This document shows positions 10,005 to 22,077 of a stretch of 64,000 nucleotides of DNA, in pieces (the stretch's first letter is position 1; each line of letters starts with the position of its first letter). The stretch lies in assembly GCF_009914755.1 (NCBI RefSeq), contig NC_060947.1; one strand, written 5' to 3'. Both the position numbers and the translations under genes were made by a program. A model generated the notes under the pieces. That model saw only the letters and a list, made by a program, of their open reading frames with translations. It was not told where the DNA came from and ran no database searches. Origin of the DNA: the human T2T-CHM13v2.0 reference genome, Homo sapiens.

Positions 10005-10612
10005 AGAGGCAGTAGAGTGTAGTGGGGAAGGAATGGACCCTGGAGCCAAACTGCTCCAGTTGGAATCTTGGCTCTGCCACTTACTAACTGTATTAGTCTG
10101 TTCTCCCACTGCTGATAAAGACATACCTGAGGCTGGGTAATTTATAAAGGAAAGATGTTTAGTTAACTCACAGTTCCACATGGCTGGGGAGGACTCCCAA
10201 TCATGGTGGAAGATGAAGGAAGAGCAAAGGGATGTCTTACATGGTGGCAGGCAAGAGAGCTTATGCAGGGGAACTCCCATTTATAAAACCATCAGATCTC
10301 ATAAGACTTATTCACTACCACAAGGATGGTATGGGGGAAACCACCCCCATGATTCAGTTATCTCTACCTGGTCCCACCCTTGACACGTGGGGATTATTAC
10401 AATTCAAGATGAGATTTGGGTGAGGACACCACCAAACCGTATCACTAACTACGCACTTAGGAGGAGTCACTTAATCTTTCTGAGCCTCAGTCTTCTCATC
10501 TCTAAAATGAGGAAAACAATAGTTCGTTCCTTATGGGGTTGTATGAGGTGCAATGCATGTAAGGCACTTAGCACTGGGCCTGGCACATTGTAAGCATTCT
10601 ATAAATGTTAGT
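10005..10612 (+). mobile_element. MIR split by a THE1 LTR
   Basis: ggctctgccacttactaac|...|cacttaatctttctgagcctcagtcttctcatctctaaaatgagg. Confidence 0.8.
10089..10444 (-). mobile_element. THE1-family (MaLR) solo LTR
   Basis: tgtattagtctgttctc...ccaaaccgtatca; perfect 5-bp TSD CTAAC at 10084-10088 and 10445-10449. Confidence 0.92.
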
Positions 10613-11392
10613 TACTCTTTCCCCTGTTTCCTTCTTGTCCTCAAATTATTGCTACCCAGGCACAGGGAGGAAGATGGGATATCACTAGGGAGAGATAAGG
10701 GAGCAAGATGCCCTGGGTGCACACAATCTAGGAAGCTGCAGGATTTTCCCCCAGAAGTATGGCTGGTGTCTACACACACTGAAGGGGCATCTGCCTGTGA
10801 AGTAGCTGGTGGTTCTGAGGCCTGTCTGCATCCTCTCCTCTAGTTTAATCCAATTGTCAGTATACCAGTGACCAGGAGCTGCAAGTCCTCCTCTTGTGAA
10901 CCATTCTTTCACTACTCTGGGATGGATTTGAGGTTGAGAAAGCACAGACTGATGGTTCTCTCTATTCTGATAGATAATTTCCTGAAGGTCAATGCCATCT
11001 TCTTAAGTATTGCCTCTAGCTAAAAGTACCATTTGGCTTTTGTTTGTTGGCTTAATTGAATGTTCTTTGGAGATGTGTGTATTTGTACACTGAAAGTAAT
11101 GGAATTAACCCTACACTTTGAAGATGATCTTCAAGTTAAAATATCTCGCAGCATGAGGAAAGAGGGAAAGGGACAGAGAGCAAGGGTGAGAATGAGAGCA
11201 AGACTGAGAGAGTGATATGTATGTCTGAGTAAGGCAATGAGTTAGGAGAGAGAGAAGCCCAGGCAGTCTTCCTTCTTTATTGCTGAGAAGTCACATCCAC
11301 AGAGACTGGCCCACATCCTAATTCTGGGCCAACAGCTCCATTGTGCAATACCAAAGGTAATTCTAAGTTGTGTTCTTTTGCTTTCCCCCAAG

Positions 11393-11449
11393 GGATTTTT
11401 CTGCAAAGAAGAAAAAGACTTTGATAACTGGTGTAGCCTTGTTCAGAAG
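11393..11449 (+). CDS. ATG4A: ATG4A coding exon (57 nt)
   Basis: ttccccaag|GGATTT...CAGAAG|gtaaag; GFFCKEEKDFDNWCSLVQK. Confidence 0.96.
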
Positions 11450-11819
11450 GTAAAGCTATATGTTTTTCTTAGTCTGAAAAATGAAGTTACCCAATTTTAT
11501 TCCTTTTCAAGATTGTTTTTCATAGTAAAAAAAAATCCTACTCTGATACGACTTTACTGCAAGAGAAAGAAACTAAGGCAACAAAGAAACTATCAGGTGT
11601 GGGGAATTGTGCATAACTTCGGGGAAACTGAACAAAAATTTTGGTTTGAAATATGCTTAGCATGTCAAGGGAGTGATATTTTTAGTGATGAAACCTAATG
11701 TTTTATCTCATTAATAGACAATTATTTTCTAAAGGCAATACTTACATTTTAGAATGCAGCAAAACTGTATTTATGTCACATTTAAAGGTGGAATGAGAAT
11801 TTTCTGATAAGACTATGCC

Positions 11820-12120
11820 TTTTATTTTATTTTATTATTTTTTGAGACAAAGGCTCGCTCCGTCACCCAGGCTGGAGTGCAGTGGCGGGATCTGGGTGCA
11901 CTGCAACCTCCGTCTCCAGGTTCAAGCGATTCTCCTCCCTCAGCCTCCCGAGTAGCTGGGATTACAGGCGCCCACCACCACGCCCAGCTAATTTTTGTAT
12001 TTTTAGTAGAGACAGGGTTTCACCACATTGGCCAGGCTGGTCTTGAACTGACCACAGGTGATCTGCCCACCTCGGCCTCCCAAAGTGCTGGGATTACAGG
12101 CATGAGTCACCGTGCCCAGC
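11820..12120 (-). mobile_element. AluS
   Basis: Full dimer; 12-bp TSD taagactatgcc at 11808-11819 and 12121-12132. Confidence 0.95.
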
Positions 12121-12569
12121 TAAGACTATGCCATGTAAATTAGGATATATACCATACATGTTGGACTGCCACTGAAACCATGCCAATATGTAGCAATAGT
12201 CTCTTGGGGCAGATTTAATTTCACTAACTGACATTTCTTTGGAGCCAGTGCTTCAGGAACATGTCACCCCTAAAGTGAGCTGGACCCATGCGTCTGGCAC
12301 AGGCACTATGCCTCATGATGGAGAATAGGCAGTGAGTGCTGGCCTTCATCAGATACTCCCCGCAAAGTCCTTCCTTCCTGGCTAAACAGTATCTAGAATT
12401 GAAGATGGCTGAGTCTTCAGATGGTTCAAGTAGAGGATGCATGTATTTTCTAGGCCCCTGTTTTCACCTGGAAACCAGCAGACCACTGTCTCAGGGTTTG
12501 GGGTCAAAGATTGCCAATTAGAAATGTTGTGACTCTGAAGTATTTAAAACTGTTTTGTCATCTCCCCAG

Positions 12570-12678
12570 GAAATTCTAAAGGAGAATTTAAGGATGTTTG
12601 AATTAGTTCAGAAACATCCATCACACTGGCCTCCCTTTGTACCTCCAGCCAAGCCAGAAGTGACAACCACTGGGGCAG
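12570..12678 (+). CDS. ATG4A: ATG4A coding exon (109 nt)
   Basis: ctccccag|GAAATT...GGGGCAG|gtaagc; EILKENLRMFELVQKHPSHWPPFVPPAKPEVTTTGA. Confidence 0.96.
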
Positions 12679-13232
12679 GTAAGCTGTTGTTCAATGGCTC
12701 TCAGCTAGCAGACCCACATATAGCAGTTGTTTTATGAGAAAGAAGAATTGTGGCCCATGCTTTCTGTGGACAGTAAAATTTCTACTCAGCTGGAGTGATA
12801 AAAAAATGGCACTTCTGGTTATTTTAATCTTCTGATGAGCTGATATTTACCAATTTCAAAGAATGATAATAGAAGAAAATGAGCTCATTGCAAAAGTTCT
12901 ATGCAAAATCAAGATGACTAGGATTGCTTTTTCATGGTCTGGTTCAGAATAGCAAATTGAGGCCATCGATAATTCAAAGGTATCTTGAAGGGCTTTCAGA
13001 GCCTTGGCCACATCACCGTCGTTAGGTTTATGTAACAAGTCTGGCTATTTTGAGTCTTTATAGATAATTTCTAATACTTGGCAGTAGTTCTAATTGTAAG
13101 TCTCCTCCACACAAGTCTTTCTTTAGTACAGCAATTAAAAATGCTTAGTCTTAACTACTGAGTAAAGTATTTACTGACCACTTCAACCCAAGTGTCAAGC
13201 TTTTCTTCTTTCTCATTTCCGTATTCTGATAG

Positions 13233-13303
13233 AATTCATTGACTCTACTGAGCAACTGGAGGAGTTTGATCTGGAGGAAGATTTTGAGATTCTGAGTGTG
13301 TAG
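13233..13303 (+). CDS. ATG4A: ATG4A last coding exon, acidic tail and FEIL LIR, TAG stop
   Basis: ctgatag|AATTC...GTG TAG; (E)FIDSTEQLEEFDLEEDFEILSV*. Confidence 0.96.
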
Positions 13304-13747
13304 AATCCTGGGAACTCAACTTGAAGGTCTGTCTTCCATCTGGCACCATAAAAACATGAACTTATTGCATAAAACTTTTCTAGTCAGCAAGTGCCTGATA
13401 TGCCAATAGCATACAAACTCAATAGCAATCATGACTGAGCCAATCACTGTTTCTCAGAAAAACAAAACAAAACAAAACAAATGACAGTAACCCTTCCCCG
13501 GAAAGAAATAGAACAATCATGGAGCCTAGGAGCAGAGAGATGAGGAGGAGTTCATTGCTTCCCAGCTTGTGTTATATGGCTACAGCAAGTCTTCAGCTGC
13601 TGCAATGAGGAAATGGGCATCTGGAAGACAAACAGCAACTCTCAGCTTGCTTCAAGAACCAGCAGATAAGAGATGGTTAAGCTGTTCTTCACCCTTTCAG
13701 ATGTGACCTCTTTTGGACTAAGCAGCAATCTGTTCTCTTGCTCAAAT

Positions 13748-13753
13748 AATAAA
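13748..13753 (+). terminator. Candidate proximal ATG4A poly(A) signal
   Basis: AATAAA with GT/T-rich sequence about 25-55 nt downstream. Confidence 0.45.
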
Positions 13754-13977
13754 GTGACTGAATCAGGGAGGAAAAGGTTCTTGTTAAATTATTTGATTGT
13801 GTAGTTGAAGTAATTATAATTTATATCAAAACGTTTGTCAAAGAAACGATGTCAAATATACACTTCTTGATCTCCCTTCTGTTTGCGGGGATCTTACTAT
13901 TTGATGGGTCACTGTCCCCATTCTTACTGATACTTTTGTCAGATATCACCCTGTCCTTAAATCATGATCACTTAAAT

Positions 13978-14200
13978 CAGGGGTCAGCAAACTTTTTCTG
14001 TAAAGGGCCAGACGGGAAATATTTTGGGCTTTGCAGGCCATGCGGCCTCTGTCACATCTACTCAACTCTGCTGTTGACATGCAAAAGCAGCAATAGACAA
14101 TATGCGTGTAAATGAGTGTGGCTGTAATCCAAGAAAACTTTATTTACAAAAGCAGGTGGAGGGCTGGGTTTGGCCTGCAGGCTGTAGCTTGCCAATCAGT
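13978..14200. mobile_element. MER58A-like hAT-Charlie MITE inside the ATG4A 3' UTR
   Basis: caggggtcagcaaactttttctgtaaagggccag...ggcctgcaggctgtagcttgcc. Confidence 0.85.
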
Positions 14201-14229
14201 GACTTAAATTGTTGATTTTTGTTTGATAA

Positions 14230-14241
14230 ATTAAAAATAAA
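14230..14241 (+). terminator. ATG4A distal poly(A) signal
   Basis: ATTAAA immediately followed by AATAAA. Confidence 0.75.
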
Positions 14242-14725
14242 TTGTGTTTGAAGTATACCCTACTTGGTTGACAGCCATATTTAGAATTATTCATGTGGTG
14301 AATTACACATTTTATCTGTGCATCATATACAATTCCAAACCATTTGAGGCTAGCAACATAATAGGTTTTAAAGCATGTATTCATCAAATTAGCTTTGCTA
14401 ACCACTTTCCTGTGAGGATGAACCTCAAGCCCCAGCAGTACCTTCTCATTTTCCTTTTCTTGCTTCCTTAACTTGCCTGCATTTCACCCCCATCCTTAAT
14501 CAAGTCCCGAGGAAGGCCAGCAACTGGAAGCTAGCACCAAACCAATCTGCTTGTTTCCTTAGATTCCATGTTTTTCTTTTTCCCCCCGTATATTCCAATG
14601 GTTCAAAATTCAAAAGATGTAAAATGATATTCAGTGACTTGTCTCTCTCTCCGATAGGTCAGTTCCCTCCCTTGGAAATTCCCAATGGTATTAATTTCTT
14701 GTTTATCCTCTCAGAGGATATATTT

Positions 14726-14745
14726 TATACATATATAAATATATG

Positions 14746-14776
<31 letters not shown>

Positions 14777-14789
14777 TCATACACACACA
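14726..14789. repeat. (TA)/(CA) microsatellite between the two 3' ends
   Basis: Directly visible. Confidence 0.85.
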
Positions 14790-15194
14790 GCTTGGATTTG
14801 ATTTTAATGACTTTAACATTCTCTACTTTTGTTTTATCTACAAATGATCCTAAGGCCACAGAAGTATGAAAATGCCTTTCTTGAACTCTTTTTTTATTCA
14901 AAAAATTTATTTATTTTTATCAACCTACATCATGCTTTGATATGTTGAACTCTAGCGTGTGACAGGGATAAAAGCAGGCATAGGCTTATCTTGAAGCAGC
15001 TTATGGGTTTGTTGACTGTTTGTTAGAGGACTGTTTCAGCTCTTTGACTTTGATCATCTTCTAATTTTTTCCTGCCTCAGTGTTTTGTTACAGAGTTCGA
15101 CTTGGCAGTAGCAGAAACCTCTCAGGCTCTGAGAGGGACTCATAAATTGCAGTGAGATGGACATTAGAAAAGTTTTCATAAAGGAACATCAAAA

Positions 15195-16590
15195 GAGTCA
15201 CATGTTCAGATTTCATTTATTTTATTTGCTATGTACAAAACTGACACCATGCTTATTACTCAGGAGGTAAAGATAACAATAATTCAGATTATATTGATTA
15301 TGCTTTGTCTGTATTGGCACAGTTTATATAATACTTAAGGAAACAGAATCACCTGGAAGGAACTGCCTCATGTCAACATAGCTAAGAGTGTTCTGGAAAA
15401 CTGGTAATTAAAGAAAATGGCTAAAACAAATTCCCCCAAACAGAATACAATGTACTGCATAGCCAATTCAGGCTTGCTTTAGGTCTGCTAACTGCTCAAG
15501 AGAAGAGTGTGCTAGATTTTTATGAGGTTTAAAAAAACATATTAAAATAGTTTAATAGGCTACCTGTGAAAGAGCAATTGGATAACCATTTAACAAAGTC
15601 TTTAACATCCTCAGAATACAAGGAAACCAACACTGTGCAGCTTCAGTTTGCCACATTGCACACATCTGGATGGCATTTGGAATAAACAGGGACTTCTGAG
15701 AAACTGGGATGTGGGATTTACCTTTTTGTTCCTGGAGTCAAAAGCAAAACTCACACATCCTTACGCACCCACCCCTCTACTTCTGGCCCAGGAAAAAAGG
15801 CTGTCATTCTCATTTCCTTTGATAGGCTTGGCCACATTTGTTGCATCCTCTGCTTTACTTTGAACCAGGCCACATCCTCTGTCTCTGGCTGGAGGGGGAG
15901 CCGGCAAGGAGGAGATGGTTTGTCTAGGACCATATGCCATTAATGACCACCACCCCCAACCCAGCTGCTGGCCTTCAAGCCTCTCTAAGCCATGTGGGGC
16001 CCAGTCTTGCTCATTCTAGAGAGAGCTAAAGCTCACTCTGGGCTACTGGGTGGCACCTCATTTCAATTCTCTTGCCTGCCTAGACACAGTGGGCCTCCTT
16101 GAAGAGTGAGGACTTGCTCTGTGCAGACTTGAGCCATCCATGAATATTCGGTTAGAGAATTTAAGTGTGGAAACACTGGGTTCTGGTTTAAGCCAAATAA
16201 TGTGTGCTGACCTCTGTACATGAAGAAATGACTGATTAGCGATTAGGAAGAGCTTTCCGATCAAGACGGTAAGGAGAAAGCTAGCAGTCTAAGACAGTTG
16301 TGGCCCATCAAATCTTTCTGAGGTAGCCATGAATAGTCACACAATCATCCAAATCAAACAGTAGCACCAGCTTGACAGAAACAGGACAGCAGATCTCAGC
16401 AGGGTGGGCTCATCTCTATGGACCCGAGGGCTGGGGTGACGAGTGTCCGGTAGTCTAGCCCAAATGAGACTCCAATGTACAACTTGACAGGCAAAGGGGC
16501 TCAGGCCTTCCTTCTTCAGACCATTCAGGTTTGTGAGGTGACTGTTGTGAGGGGCAGGGGAGGGCAAGGGGCAGAGTGGCAGGTGCCACC
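15195..16590 (-). other. COL4A6: COL4A6 3' UTR (end approximate)
   Basis: Lies between the TAG stop (16591-16593) and the double AATAAA. Confidence 0.75.
15216..15226 (-). terminator. COL4A6 poly(A) signal
   Basis: tttattttatt on + reads as overlapping AATAAAATAAA on -, about 1.37 kb after the COL4A6 stop. Confidence 0.8.
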
Positions 16591-16851
16591 CTACAGGCTT
16601 TTCATACACACCTGGCAGCGACTGACTCGAGTGTGGAGCTGCCCAGCTTTCAGCGTTTCAGACACAGGCAACTCCCCAAACTGCTGCCTCTCCTCCACTG
16701 TGGTCAACCAGAAACTGTACTTGTTTGCAAAGTAGTGGCAGGTGCCTCGGGCACCACTGCATTCGATGAAAGGAGTGGCCCGAAAGTCCTCTAGGCAGGA
16801 GCCAGGTGAGACCAGGGACTGGCCTCCACCCTCGGCACCAGCGGCAGTGTG
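16591..16851 (-). CDS. COL4A6: COL4A6 exon 45 coding part (NC1 C-terminal part)
   Basis: tttcag|CAC...; [31 protein letters not shown]...[22 protein letters not shown]. Confidence 0.97.
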   Translation of the reverse strand, partial: HTAAGAEGGGQSLVSPGSCLEDFRATPFIECSGARGTCHYFANKYSFWLTTVEERQQFGELPVSETLKAGQLHTRVSRCQVCMKSL

Positions 16852-19052
16852 CTGAAACAGACAGGAGATTAGTGCATGAGCTGTGCCTGCCAAGGGTTGG
16901 TGTGGGGAGGGGATGGGTGCTCCACTGCTACAGGGGCACATGAGCTCCATTCCTAAGCCCTGGTTCCTTGTCTCAGCCCCCAGTTCAAGCCAGCATACCA
17001 AGAGCTGTGTTTTAGGGGCAGGGGCTGCTTGTCCTCCCTCATAGCAGCTTTCAGGGCCAAGAGTGCCCCCTTCCAAGCTCCCTAGTGCCCTCCTAACCCA
17101 TTATGTGGGCAATGACTACATGTCAAGCAGCAATTCCCAAACTGCTACTGTCCCACTGGGTTCAGAGGTGTGTTAGGTACCCCCTTGCAAAATTTCCTCG
17201 GACAAATGGATCTGAGAAAAGCTGAGTGAAGGAAAATTCAATAGGCTTCTGGACTGCGGTTCTCAGAGCCCTCTCTCAACCATGCATTGTACTCTAAGAA
17301 GGGAAAGAAGGACAGTCCAAAACCTACTGAAGTTCTCCTTAATTTGTTGTATTTGGCCCAAATACCCTGGCCCTCACCTCAGAGGGCTCTCTCAGTATTC
17401 AGTTTCAGGGCTACACATGAGCTGGTGGTTTTCAGTTACTATTCACATAGACAGCAGCTCCTGTCTCTCCACACTCCTGCCTGTTTCTCTTCACTTTAGC
17501 CGGGCTATCATCTGGACCACAAGGAGATAGGGAAGAGGCCTAATACACAACCGTGTCAGCAAATGGCCAATGAGACAAATGCCCAAGTTGGCACACAGGG
17601 ACTCCTTACTTTGCAGAACTTTGCAAGAGTGAGAGTCTGCATGGGACCTTTCAGGTGACCTTTCCTGACAACCGAAGCATCAAAATTTTCCTCACTTTGA
17701 CCCTGAGAATCAAAAACTTTCTAAGATGCACAACACATTTTCCTGCTTTGCTAAGTAGCAGACACTAGGTTATTTTAAACTTTGCAGATGAATCAGGCTT
17801 GTCATTGTGAATGTCAGTTTTTGTGGGGGATGATTATGCAAGAGCCCCACACCAAGGGGTACGGCCCGTAGAATCCTTGGGCCTCCTTTGAATTATTTTC
17901 TCCTTTTTAATAGGTATGTCTCATTGCTTCAAGATGCCTTGCTAGGCAGTCCAACTTCTCACCCTTACATATCTTCAGGAATAATATTCTAGTATGTTAG
18001 AATTAATGTGTAAAGGAAGAGTAAAGAGATTCTGAATAAGGGCTAAGAGCCCTCCCATAAGCAGGGCACATGAGATTTAGTACACAGCATTTGTACCATT
18101 TCCTGTGGAAGCTCAGGGGCCTCTTCTTATTTCCTGGTCAGGGTGGTGGACAGGACAGAAGGACAGGTGAGGTGATTCTGTATTACACTGGGATAAACTA
18201 TCCAATGTCCAAAGACACAGCATAACAAGGAAAAGTACCTTTCCCCAGGTAGGTACGCTAATGTTGGGGAGCCTGCAGCTTTGGTCATTTTTAAAGACAC
18301 TCTCTCACCATCTCACCCTTGGCAATTCAACAGAGAAGCTCTGGCAAGGCAGAGTACTTCAATGGGTGCCACAGTGGTTTTCTCTGGGGGATGTCCTGAC
18401 CCTAAACCTGACCTTTTATTTGAAGAAACATCCCCAGGTATTCACAGGATATTATGTGAGGGACTTGATGCCTCTTTGGGCCTGCAGATATTCTTTTTCT
18501 TAGCAAGACACACAGCATGGCTGGCCGCTGCCTTCACACCGAAATGGAGAGGCAGCAAAAATACCAGCAAGGACATATAAACACAGCATGCACTCATCAA
18601 AGCCTTTTGGGAGGAGACAGCAGAGGCCAGAGGGATCTGGGAGGGTGGAGAGAAGAGGGGACAGTGCCATGGCTGGACTGATTAGTGAAACTGTGTCCTG
18701 GCCCCAAGTGGTGACAGCCTCTCCCTCACTGTCCTCCCAGATCTTAGTGTGTTTTGCTCTTCCCTTGGGTGTGGCATAACTGAAGCGGGCATGGAGACGG
18801 CGGGGCATTGACCTATGACTCACAGATATTCTAGCCCCTGAACCACTGGGTGCAAACTGCTGTCTTTCCGCTACACCCATAACTACCTGCCATTCATGCA
18901 GAACTGGGTTCTCCATTCTTTAGCCAAGCCCAGTCCAAGCATTTCTCTTCTTTTCAAACTCTATGCTTTCTACCTGGTGTCCCTTGAGCCTGGGAACCAG
19001 TCCAAGGGGCCCTTTGCCTCCAACTGGGGGAGGAGACAGTGCAGGACCTTAC

Positions 19053-19339
19053 CATGAGGAAAGAGTACCCAATCCAGAGGCTGCGCCAGCCCAGGGGGCA
19101 CTGCGGGATGGTGATGTCCTGGCTGTGCACAGCAATGGCTTGCGAGGGTGCCTCACACACAGAGCAGCGGCTGATGTACTGGGGAATCTGGGTCTGGCTG
19201 ACGGGCATCATGGGGATAGGGGCGGTAGTGGAGAGCCAGTAAGATTTATCATTGCGCCTGGCATAGTGGCACACCTCGTTGATGTTGCAGTAGATGAAGG
19301 GCATGGTGCTGAAGCGGGGCAGACAGGAGCCAGCAAAGC
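19053..19339 (-). CDS. COL4A6: COL4A6 exon 44 (287 nt, NC1)
   Basis: (G)[37 protein letters not shown]...WIGYSFLM|gtaagg. Confidence 0.97.
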
Positions 19340-19694
19340 CTGGAAGGAGAGAAAGTGGGCAAGGGCAGGGGAGGTCTGGCTGAGGGGCTTTGACGAGATG
19401 GTGGTTTGGGTTTACATCCAACCACTTGCACCAGACTGAGGCAGCCCTCTCCTTCCAATCCTGTAACATTGTACATGTGCTGAAGTGTGTTGAGCAAATT
19501 CTATTTTAAATGCACCAGGGAAATTTGATAATAACAAGAATCTTTTTATAAGCTGTATAATTCTGCCCTAATTAATCTGCTTTGAAAGAAACAGCGTTTA
19601 ATAGACTGAGTCTGCTTTTAAGATTTAGCACACCTGCAGACAACAATTAATTCTCAGGTAATCATCATTGCCCTGCAGGTCATATTATTATTAT

Positions 19695-19960
19695 TACTAC
19701 TACTAATTGCTAACATTTAATGGATGCTTAAATGCCAAATGTTGCTCTAAGCAATTTACATTGGGTGATTGATTCATGCAATCTTTCCACCAGCGTGTGT
19801 GATAGATACTAGAATTAGCTTTGTTCCATTAAGGAGGAAGCCAAAGCCTAGAGAGGTTGAATAACTAATGCAGTGTACACAGCTAGTAAGTGATAGAGCC
19901 AGGATTTGAATCCAGATCCACCTGACTCCAGAGCTGATGCTTGTAACTCACTACACAACA
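19695..19960 (-). mobile_element. MIR
   Basis: gaggaagccaaagcctagagaggttgaataact...gagccaggatttgaatccag. Confidence 0.7.
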
Positions 19961-20053
19961 GTGGACCTAGAAAGGGCTGGGAGAAGAGAGGGGTTGGCTG
20001 TTGGTGTTTGTGGGGACAGGTGACCAGGGCTGGCTGTCAGAGCTGGTACCTAC

Positions 20054-20245
20054 CCAGGTCCTGGTTGTGGGCTTTCTCTTGCCCCTCCACAAACAGTAAG
20101 CTGTACCCCACCCACAGCTGGCTCATCCCGATGGGACACGGGGGCACCTGTTCCGACTGGCTGTGCTTTACCAACGTGTAGCCCACTCTCATGCTCTGGC
20201 CAGGCATTCCAGGCATCCCGAAGGGGCCTTGCTGCCCTGGAGCTC
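20054..20245 (-). CDS. COL4A6: COL4A6 exon 43 (192 nt, helix/NC1 junction)
   Basis: (G)[63 protein letters not shown]|gtaggt. Confidence 0.96.
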
Positions 20246-20309
20246 CTGAGAGAGACAGATCATAAAAGGTGAGTGTGGTGCAGCTAATGACAACATCAGC
20301 TACTCACAT

Positions 20310-20490
20310 TGTACCACACATTGTCCAAGGCATGTTATACACATGTATTATCTCACTCAATCCTCACGATGACCCTGGAAAATGGTATTACCACCCCAAT
20401 TTTTAGATGAAGAAATTGAGGCTCAGATGTCCTACAGCTAGTAAGTGGTAGAGCTACAACTCTATCTCAGATGTATCCAGCTACAGACGC
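20310..20490 (-). mobile_element. MIR
   Basis: attatctcactcaatcctcac...gatgaagaaattgaggctcaga. Confidence 0.7.
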
Positions 20491-21209
20491 CCCATTTTTC
20501 AAAGTACATTGTTAGGCTTCCTTCCCATAGCCACCTGGCCTTGGGGTCTCTCTGAGTGGGGATTAGGGTGTGGAGAGGGATACTTCTCAGGTCCAGCCTT
20601 GCAGGCCCTCATAGGAGATAACTATGTAGCTGCTGAATCAGAGTCATCGAAAGCAGGGTTAGGATTAGCAGGGTAAAATCTTGCCCTCCTCTCCTGCCCA
20701 TGACAGACATGACAAATCAACTGCCACAGTTTCCCACCGAGCCTCTGAACTGTTCTCTACTCAGGACAACTAATTTGTCATCCCCAATATAAAGTGGGAC
20801 ACAAATAGAAGAGGTATATGGACAGCCACGCCTTAACTCAAGTGTTGTTATCCCTTGAACATCCCCCTCTCATGTGTGTCAGAATCCCTGGGTAGAAAAG
20901 GGGAGGTAAAGGGCAGGGGGCCATCTGTAGTATAAAGTCAGACCTTTTAAGCACTGGAAGAGAGCCCAGAAAAGGATTTGGATTTGGAACAGTCCTTTGC
21001 CTTCCAGAACGTAGGGTATCCCTTCACAGGCTCAGAGGGTAGTGGGGAGTGAATGGACTTAGAGCCCAGTTTTTGAGCATCTTAGGAGTGTCAAGCTCTA
21101 CCACTGGGTTTATTAAGTTTCAGACTTGAAGTTTTACTCACCCCCAGCCTCAAACCCTCCCAGACCACCATCCCCGCCCCGCCCGCCTCCTAATGTGGCA
21201 TCATCAGAC

Positions 21210-21326
21210 CTTCAAATCCTGGAGGGCCTTGCAGTCCAGGCAGACCAGGATCACCAAGAGCCCCAGGTGGGCCTGGGAGCCCACTGGGGCCATCTTTACC
21301 GGGGATGCCAGGTAAACCTTTGGAGC
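21210..21326 (-). CDS. COL4A6: COL4A6 exon 42 (117 nt)
   Basis: (G)[15 protein letters not shown]...GPPGFE; weak donor GAAG|gtctga. Confidence 0.92.
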
Positions 21327-21658
21327 CTGCAGGAGAGAAAGCCCAAAGGAGGGTACTCAATGTAGAGGGTCCCCAGGCACCTTCCCCAGGAAAGGGGACT
21401 TATGTGTCATGCCCAAGACTCACTAGGAGACGATGCACTTGGCTGTCGACTTGGTGTGCACACTGCACATCAAGGCTGCAGCCGCCTGGGCTAGTTCTTA
21501 GTTCATGGGGGCATCTCTGCCCTGGGGCAGTGCCCTCAACTTAGCCTTTCTGAGCCCCTTCATGCCCACTTCCTCCTCCCTTCTTCTCATCCTCCTAGCA
21601 ACAATGGAAATTATGCAGGGCAACGGCGAGCATCCCATATCAGAAATGAGGACACCGA

Positions 21659-21960
<302 letters not shown>

Positions 21961-22046
21961 AAGAAGAAGAAGGAGGAGGAGGAAGAAGAAAAGAAGAAGA
22001 AGAAGAGGAAGAAGAAGAGGAGGAGGAAGAGGAAGACGAAGAAGAA

Positions 22047-22077
<31 letters not shown>

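Larger units (their letters stand above)
9743..13303 (+). other. ATG4A: ATG4A gene, 3' part (last four coding exons; 5' exons lie upstream of the window)
   Basis: Four GT-AG exons splice in frame to GDELIFLDPHTTQ...SVAL|GFFCKEEKDF...QK|EILKENLRMF...GA|EFIDSTEQLEEFDLEEDFEILSV*, the C-terminus of the ATG4A cysteine peptidase. Confidence 0.97.
13304..14260 (+). other. ATG4A: ATG4A 3' UTR (end approximate)
   Basis: Follows the stop codon; AATAAA at 13748-13753 and ATTAAA/AATAAA at 14230-14241. Confidence 0.75.
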
